From: Brevibacterium luteolum
Lineage (GTDB): Bacteria; Actinomycetota; Actinomycetes; Actinomycetales; Brevibacteriaceae
DNA length: 64,000 nt
Direction: 5' to 3'
NCBI RefSeq assembly: GCF_013004595.1
Contig: NZ_JABEMC010000005.1
Location: 124,001-188,000, forward strand
In this document: positions 58,952 to 64,000 of the stretch, piece after piece
How the letters are laid out: every line of letters starts with the position of its first letter
Numbering within the stretch: the stretch's first letter is position 1
Made by a program: the position numbers and the translations under genes
The notes under the pieces: generated by a model
The model's input: the letters and a program-made list of their open reading frames with translations, nothing else
The model's database searches: none
What the model was told of the DNA's origin: nothing

Positions 58952-59503
58952 ATGACCTCGTCCCCGCTGCCCCAGATCGCTGCCGCCCTGCGCCGTGAGC
59001 GCGCCCGCCTCGGGCTGAGCCTGTCGGAGGCAGCTAAGCGCGCAGAGGTGTCGAAGTCGACGCTCTCCGGCCTGGAGTCCGGCACCGGCAATCCGAGCAT
59101 CGAGACGATGTGGGCTCTGGCGACGGCCTACCAGGTGCCGCTGGCCCAGCTGCTCGATCCACCCGCTCCCGATGTGGCGGTCATCCGGCGCGGGGAGCCT
59201 CCGCAGCTGGCCTCGGGGTCGGCGGACTATGCTGCGGTGCTGCTGAGCTCGTGCCCGCCGCATGCGCGCCGGGACCTGTATCTCATCACAGCCGAGCCGG
59301 GTTCGGTCAAGCATTCCGAGCCGCATGAGGCTGGCACGGTCGAGCACGTCATCATCGGCTCCGGATCGGCCCGGGCGACGGTGGCTGACGAGACGATCGA
59401 GCTGGGCGCCGGTGACTACCTGCGCTATCCCGGCGATGCCGCCCACAGCTTCGAGGCACTCGAGCCCGGCACGCTGGCCGTGTTCGCCGTGCAGACCGGA
59501 TGA
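58952..59503 (+). CDS. XRE-HTH plus cupin transcriptional regulator
   Basis: SLSEAAKRAEVSKSTLSGLESGTGNPSIET; HEAGTVEH..GDY..YPGD..HSF; TACGCT -10 box 6 nt before ATG. Confidence 0.88.
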   Translation: MTSSPLPQIAAALRRERARLGLSLSEAAKRAEVSKSTLSGLESGTGNPSIETMWALATAYQVPLAQLLDPPAPDVAVIRRGEPPQLASGSADYAAVLLSSCPPHARRDLYLITAEPGSVKHSEPHEAGTVEHVIIGSGSARATVADETIELGAGDYLRYPGDAAHSFEALEPGTLAVFAVQTG

Positions 59504-59557
59504 GCAGACAGGGCCGGGTGAGCCAGCGGTCCAGGTGAGCACCGCCTCGGGCGCGGG

Positions 59558-60709
59558 TCACTCGACCGGTGGGCCCTCCGAGCTGTCGCCTTCCAGGGTC
59601 GGCAGCTGTTCGCGGGCGTGCCCGCCGGTCATACCGGCAGCCTGCAGCAGGTCGGTGGCCAGCGGGCGGAGCAGCAGCACGAGTGTTTCGTCCTGCGAGT
59701 CGCGCACGGCCTCACCCTTGGGGTCGAGCCTGCTGGCCGCCTGGGACAGATACTCCTCCGCCGGAATCCGCGAGGTGCCGCGGCGCAGCGCGACCCGCAG
59801 CCGGTTGGCACCCTCGCCGAGGTCGGCGACGATGGCGGCCATCTCCGGGCGCGGCTGGCCGAGTTTGGCCACGGCGAGGATGCGGCGGGCGATGACACGC
59901 ACCAGCCGCATCGCCCGGTCGGCGTACTCGCAGGCCTTCGCCAGGCGCGTGACCTCGGCGGCGTAGCGGCGGGAGCGGGCGTTGATGCGGGCGGCCTCCT
60001 GTGAGATCCGCAGCGAGGAGCGCCAGGAGTCGATCATCGCCTGGGTGTCACGGGCACGTGAGAGAGTGCGCTCCGCAGCCTGGGCGTCAGCGCGCTTGAG
60101 CGCATCGGCGGCTTCGATGAGCAGTTCGGAGATCTCCTGCAGCAGCGCCGAGGCGCGATCGCGCGGAGCCTTGCGCGCATCATGGGGCACGATGAGGGCC
60201 ATGATGATCGACACGGTCGCACCGACGAGGGCATCGATGGTGCGGTCGAAGGGCTGGGCTGCCACCGCCGGGGGCACGGTGACGACATAGACGGACTGCA
60301 CCCCGATCTGGGTGATGAAGATGCCCCCGGAGTTGATCATCGTGCCGATGAGCAGGCCGATGAACAGCACGATCATGAGCTGGATGATCCCCTGGCCGAA
60401 CAGCTGGACCATCACCTCGCCGGTGAGCACCCCGAGCGTGGCACCGAGCCCGATCTCCATCGCCCGGCGCAACCGGCGATCGGCCATGACACCGGTGCCC
60501 ACGGCTGCGGCGACGGCAGCGAGGAAGGGGTATTCGTGGCCGAGGACGAGGTAGCAGAACGCGTAGGCGGCTGTCGCGCCGATCGTGACCTGCAGCAGCT
60601 GGGAGATGTTCGTCCGGATCCGGCGCGCGCCGATCCGCGAGCGGTTCTCCGCGACGCTGCCGAGGTGGCGGGGCCAGTTCGACGGGCGGGCCCACGACTG
60701 CTGCTGCAT
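59558..60709 (-). CDS. FUSC/aromatic-acid-exporter family membrane protein
   Basis: LGHEYPFLAAVAA, RLRRAMEI, FDRTIDALVG plus helical cytoplasmic domain. Confidence 0.8.
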   Translation of the reverse strand: MQQQSWARPSNWPRHLGSVAENRSRIGARRIRTNISQLLQVTIGATAAYAFCYLVLGHEYPFLAAVAAAVGTGVMADRRLRRAMEIGLGATLGVLTGEVMVQLFGQGIIQLMIVLFIGLLIGTMINSGGIFITQIGVQSVYVVTVPPAVAAQPFDRTIDALVGATVSIIMALIVPHDARKAPRDRASALLQEISELLIEAADALKRADAQAAERTLSRARDTQAMIDSWRSSLRISQEAARINARSRRYAAEVTRLAKACEYADRAMRLVRVIARRILAVAKLGQPRPEMAAIVADLGEGANRLRVALRRGTSRIPAEEYLSQAASRLDPKGEAVRDSQDETLVLLLRPLATDLLQAAGMTGGHAREQLPTLEGDSSEGPPVE

Positions 60710-61225
60710 CAACTCTCCTCCTGCCTTTCGACCCTGGCGAATGCGGCCATCAGCCAGCCGACCAGCGTCAGTCGCCTTGCTGCACATCCTGAGTCTACTC
60801 GGATGAGCAGGGCCGGGAGCACGGACTGAGTGTCCTGGCTAAGGGCGGCGGGCGGTGAAGAGGACTGCGATCCTGCGCATCAGCGGACTCGCCGGGCTGC
60901 GTTCGCAGCGACCGCACATCACCTGGTCAGAGCTCTAGGAGACCGGTTATCGAGGACCGCTGCGGCAGATCCGGTCGGTGGGACTGGGCGGAGTTCTGCG
61001 CGCAGGCGATGCAGTGCCCGTTCGAGGTGCCCCACGGCTGGCCGGCATCGCCTCCGCAGGCTTGGGCAGGCCACGTTGACAGACAGGCCGATGATCTCGG
61101 CGGCCTCACCAGCGGTCCCCGCATCCGATGCGACGGTTCCCCTCCGCTGTGCTGCGAATCCCAGTTCTCACCTGCCCGGCACGGTCGGTTATGTGACATG
61201 CTGGGACTCGGCGACAGGAGGACAG

Positions 61226-63880
61226 ATGACCACGAATCTCACGCGCGCGCAGGCGCGCTCCCGTTCGGAGCTACTCAGTGTCGAGCTCTACACCGTCGAC
61301 CTCGATCTCAGTGCGGCCACAGATCCTGATGCGGAGACGTTCGCCTCGACGACGATCGTCGATCTCGATGCTGTGCGCGACGGTGAGACCTTCATCGACC
61401 TCATCGCCGACTCGGTCTCATCGGTCACGATCAACAATGAGCCGCTCAATCCGCGTGCGGCCTTCGACGGCGCCCGCGTCCACTTCCCTGTCACCGCCGG
61501 GGCGAACCGGCTGGAGATCACCGCCGCCTGCCTGTACTCGCGTTCCGGTGAGGGCCTGCACCGGTATATCGACCCGGCCGATGACAAGGTCTATCTCTAC
61601 ACCCAGTACGAGCCCACTGACGCCCGGCGGGTGTTCGCGAACTTCGACCAGCCCGACCTCAAGGCCCGGTTCCAGTTCACCGTCACCGCGCCGAAGGACT
61701 TCTCCGTCCTCAGCAACTCCCCGGTTGCCAGCGTCTCGGCACCGGCGCAGGGTCTGCTGCGCCACGAGTTCGGTGTCACCGGCGTGCAGTCCTCCTACAT
61801 CACCTGTGTGACCGCTGGCCACTACGCCTCGGCGACGGACACCTACACGCATCCGAAGACCGGGCAGACGATCGAACTCGGCATCCACACCCGTGCCTCA
61901 CTGGCCGAGCACATGGATGCCGCGTCGATCTTCACCGTCACCAAGCAGGGCCTGGACTTCTTCCACGAGCACTTCGACTACCCCTACCCGTGGGGCAAGT
62001 ACGACCAGATCTTCGTGCCTGAGTACAACCTCGGCGCGATGGAGAACCCTGGCCTGGTGACCTTCACCGACTCCCTCATCTTCCGCGACAAGGTCACCCG
62101 CGCCTCCTATGAGGCGCGCGCCAACGTCATCCTGCACGAGATGGCGCACATGTGGTTCGGCGACCTCGTCACGATGGCGTGGTGGGATGACCTGTGGCTC
62201 AAAGAGTCGTTTGCCGACTACATGGGCGGGCTCGCCCTAGCCGAGGCGACCGAGTTCGATGACGGCTGGGTGACCTTCGCCCTGCAGCGCAAGGGCTGGG
62301 CGTACCGGCAGGACCAGTACCCGACGACGCATCCGATCGTCGCCGACATCCCCGATGTCGAGGCCGCCAAGCTCAACTTCGACGGCATCACCTACGCCAA
62401 GGGCGCCTCGGTGCTCAAGCAGCTCGTCGCCTACGTCGGCCAGGACGCCTTCATGGCCGGCACCCGCCAGTACTTCCGCGCCCACGAGTTCGGCACCGCC
62501 ACCCTCACCGACTTCCTCGCAGCCCTCGAAGCCGCCGCCCCGGACCGCGATCTGGCCGCCTGGGCCGACGCGTGGCTGAAGACGACCGGGGTCTCCGAGC
62601 TCAGCTTGGAGATCGACACGGATGACGAGGGCACGATCACCGCCGCCGAGGTGGTGCAGCGCAATTCCGGGACCGGCACCTCGGGTGCGGCAGACGCCGG
62701 CGCCGAGGTAGTGCGCCCGCACCGGCTGCAGCTCGCCGGGTTCACACGGAAGGGCAAGGTGCTGGAGCTGACGCAGACGTGGGAGATCGACTTCGGAGAT
62801 GCCCGCACCGAGGTGCCCGGGCTCGTCGGCACGAAGCGCCCGGATCTGCTGCTGCTGAATTACGGTGACGACGATTTCGTCAAGGTCCGCCTCGATGAGG
62901 CCTCGAGGCAGACGGCGCTCAAGCATGTGTCCCGGTTCGCCGATCCGATGGACCGGGCGCTGGTGTGGTCGGCGCTGACGAATGCGATGCGCGACGGGCT
63001 ACTGCCGGTCACCGACTTCCTCACCGCCTACAGCCGGTCGCTTAGCCGCGAGACCCATGCCGGGATCTCGGCTGCGCTCATGCGCACGATGCTCACCGCG
63101 CTCGATGAGTGGCTGCCCGAGCGCTTCGTCGACCCGGCCCTCGACGGGCTGCTCGGTGTCAGCTTCGATGCGCTGGCGGCTTCGAAGCCGGGTTCGGATG
63201 AGCAGCTGGCGCTGGCCCGCACGCTGCTCTCCCTCGTGCTGCGCAGTGCGAAGGTCCGCACGTCGACCCCGCCGGTGCGTGCGGGCCGGGAGCTGGCCCA
63301 GGCGATGCTCGCCATTGAGGCCGGTTCCGATATGCGCCCGGACTTCCCGGGCCTGACGATCGACCATGCGCTGCGCTGGCATGCGCTCACCGCGCTGGCG
63401 ACCCTCGGCTGGGCCGATGTGCCGGATATCGACGCGGCGCTGGCGGCCGATCAGACCGGTTCGGGCCGGCTGCACGCCCTGACCGCCGAGGCCGCCCGGC
63501 CGCTGCCGATCGCCAAGCAGCGGGCGTTCACCGCAGCGACGAGTGATGAGTCGCTGAGCAATGACGTCATCTCTGCGCGCATCGCCGGGTTCACGGTGTC
63601 CTCCGGCCTGCCGATCACCGAGCCGTTCGTCGAGGAGTACTTCCGGCTGCTCGCAGGCTTCTGGGATCGGTCGATCGAGATCGCCCGCCGGCTCGTCAAA
63701 GAGCTCTACCCCAGCTGGTCGATCCGCCCGGATGAGGTGCTGCAGATGACCGATGACTGGCTGGAGTCGAACCCGGATGCCCCGGCCGCCCAGCGGCGCC
63801 TGCTCATCGAACGCCGCGATGACCTCGCCCGTTCGATCCGGCTCCGGGCCGCCGATGAGGACACCGCTGGCAAGCACTGA
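61226..63880 (+). CDS. pepN: Aminopeptidase N (M1 family)
   Basis: GAMEN, HEMAH..WWDDLWLKE, NFDGITYAKGA; ATG 61226 after AGGAGG. Confidence 0.95.
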   Translation: MTTNLTRAQARSRSELLSVELYTVDLDLSAATDPDAETFASTTIVDLDAVRDGETFIDLIADSVSSVTINNEPLNPRAAFDGARVHFPVTAGANRLEITAACLYSRSGEGLHRYIDPADDKVYLYTQYEPTDARRVFANFDQPDLKARFQFTVTAPKDFSVLSNSPVASVSAPAQGLLRHEFGVTGVQSSYITCVTAGHYASATDTYTHPKTGQTIELGIHTRASLAEHMDAASIFTVTKQGLDFFHEHFDYPYPWGKYDQIFVPEYNLGAMENPGLVTFTDSLIFRDKVTRASYEARANVILHEMAHMWFGDLVTMAWWDDLWLKESFADYMGGLALAEATEFDDGWVTFALQRKGWAYRQDQYPTTHPIVADIPDVEAAKLNFDGITYAKGASVLKQLVAYVGQDAFMAGTRQYFRAHEFGTATLTDFLAALEAAAPDRDLAAWADAWLKTTGVSELSLEIDTDDEGTITAAEVVQRNSGTGTSGAADAGAEVVRPHRLQLAGFTRKGKVLELTQTWEIDFGDARTEVPGLVGTKRPDLLLLNYGDDDFVKVRLDEASRQTALKHVSRFADPMDRALVWSALTNAMRDGLLPVTDFLTAYSRSLSRETHAGISAALMRTMLTALDEWLPERFVDPALDGLLGVSFDALAASKPGSDEQLALARTLLSLVLRSAKVRTSTPPVRAGRELAQAMLAIEAGSDMRPDFPGLTIDHALRWHALTALATLGWADVPDIDAALAADQTGSGRLHALTAEAARPLPIAKQRAFTAATSDESLSNDVISARIAGFTVSSGLPITEPFVEEYFRLLAGFWDRSIEIARRLVKELYPSWSIRPDEVLQMTDDWLESNPDAPAAQRRLLIERRDDLARSIRLRAADEDTAGKH

Positions 63881-64000
63881 ACGATCGCCAGCAGACCTCC
63901 CGCTGGGAGCCGGTGGTGACAGCCGTGTTCATTCGGCCAGATGACCCGCGGTGCCGGTTCGCTGGAGTGCGGCTCAGGCGCGACGACAGGAAGGCAGTCG

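Noticed and set aside
60830..61225. 132-aa N-terminal extension of PepN in the ORF track
   Set aside because: There is a strong AGGAGG RBS before ATG 61226 and the typical NLTR start; the extension does not look protein-like.

Overview
High-GC actinobacterial chromosomal segment (Micrococcales; gene content and order suggest a Brevibacterium-like organism, which is inference). It is mostly conserved backbone: thrE, NCS2 permease, SPFH, adhP, crcB pair, yceI/pirin, nagB, tRNA-Thr(UGU), dsbA, Ser/Thr kinase, fused otsA-otsB, DUF4032, rlmB-cysS, NSS transporter plus small subunit, mycothiol-dependent dehydrogenase, ispF-ispD-carD, senX3-regX3/phoU, gpmA, mshA, azlCD and pepN. Accessory parts are a toxin-first HigBA-like pair, a lower-GC orphan gene, and an 11.9-kb divergent IclR / ABC-transporter / acyl-CoA-ligase cluster. 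The most notable signals are: (1) a dispersed 18-bp motif CCGNKCCCGAGGCGGTGG with at least 14 copies on both strands, in intergenic DNA and in four different codon phases; (2) an intact but motif-dead acetyl-CoA-synthetase homologue coupled to the IclR gene; (3) ispD has no ATG/GTG/TTG start and probably initiates at ATC inside carD; (4) tandem palindromic repeat arrays with 66- and 83-bp periods; (5) a PTS nagE remnant beside nagB. No CRISPR array, rRNA, transposase or integrase was seen. All calls come from reading the sequence by eye; no database searches were run.
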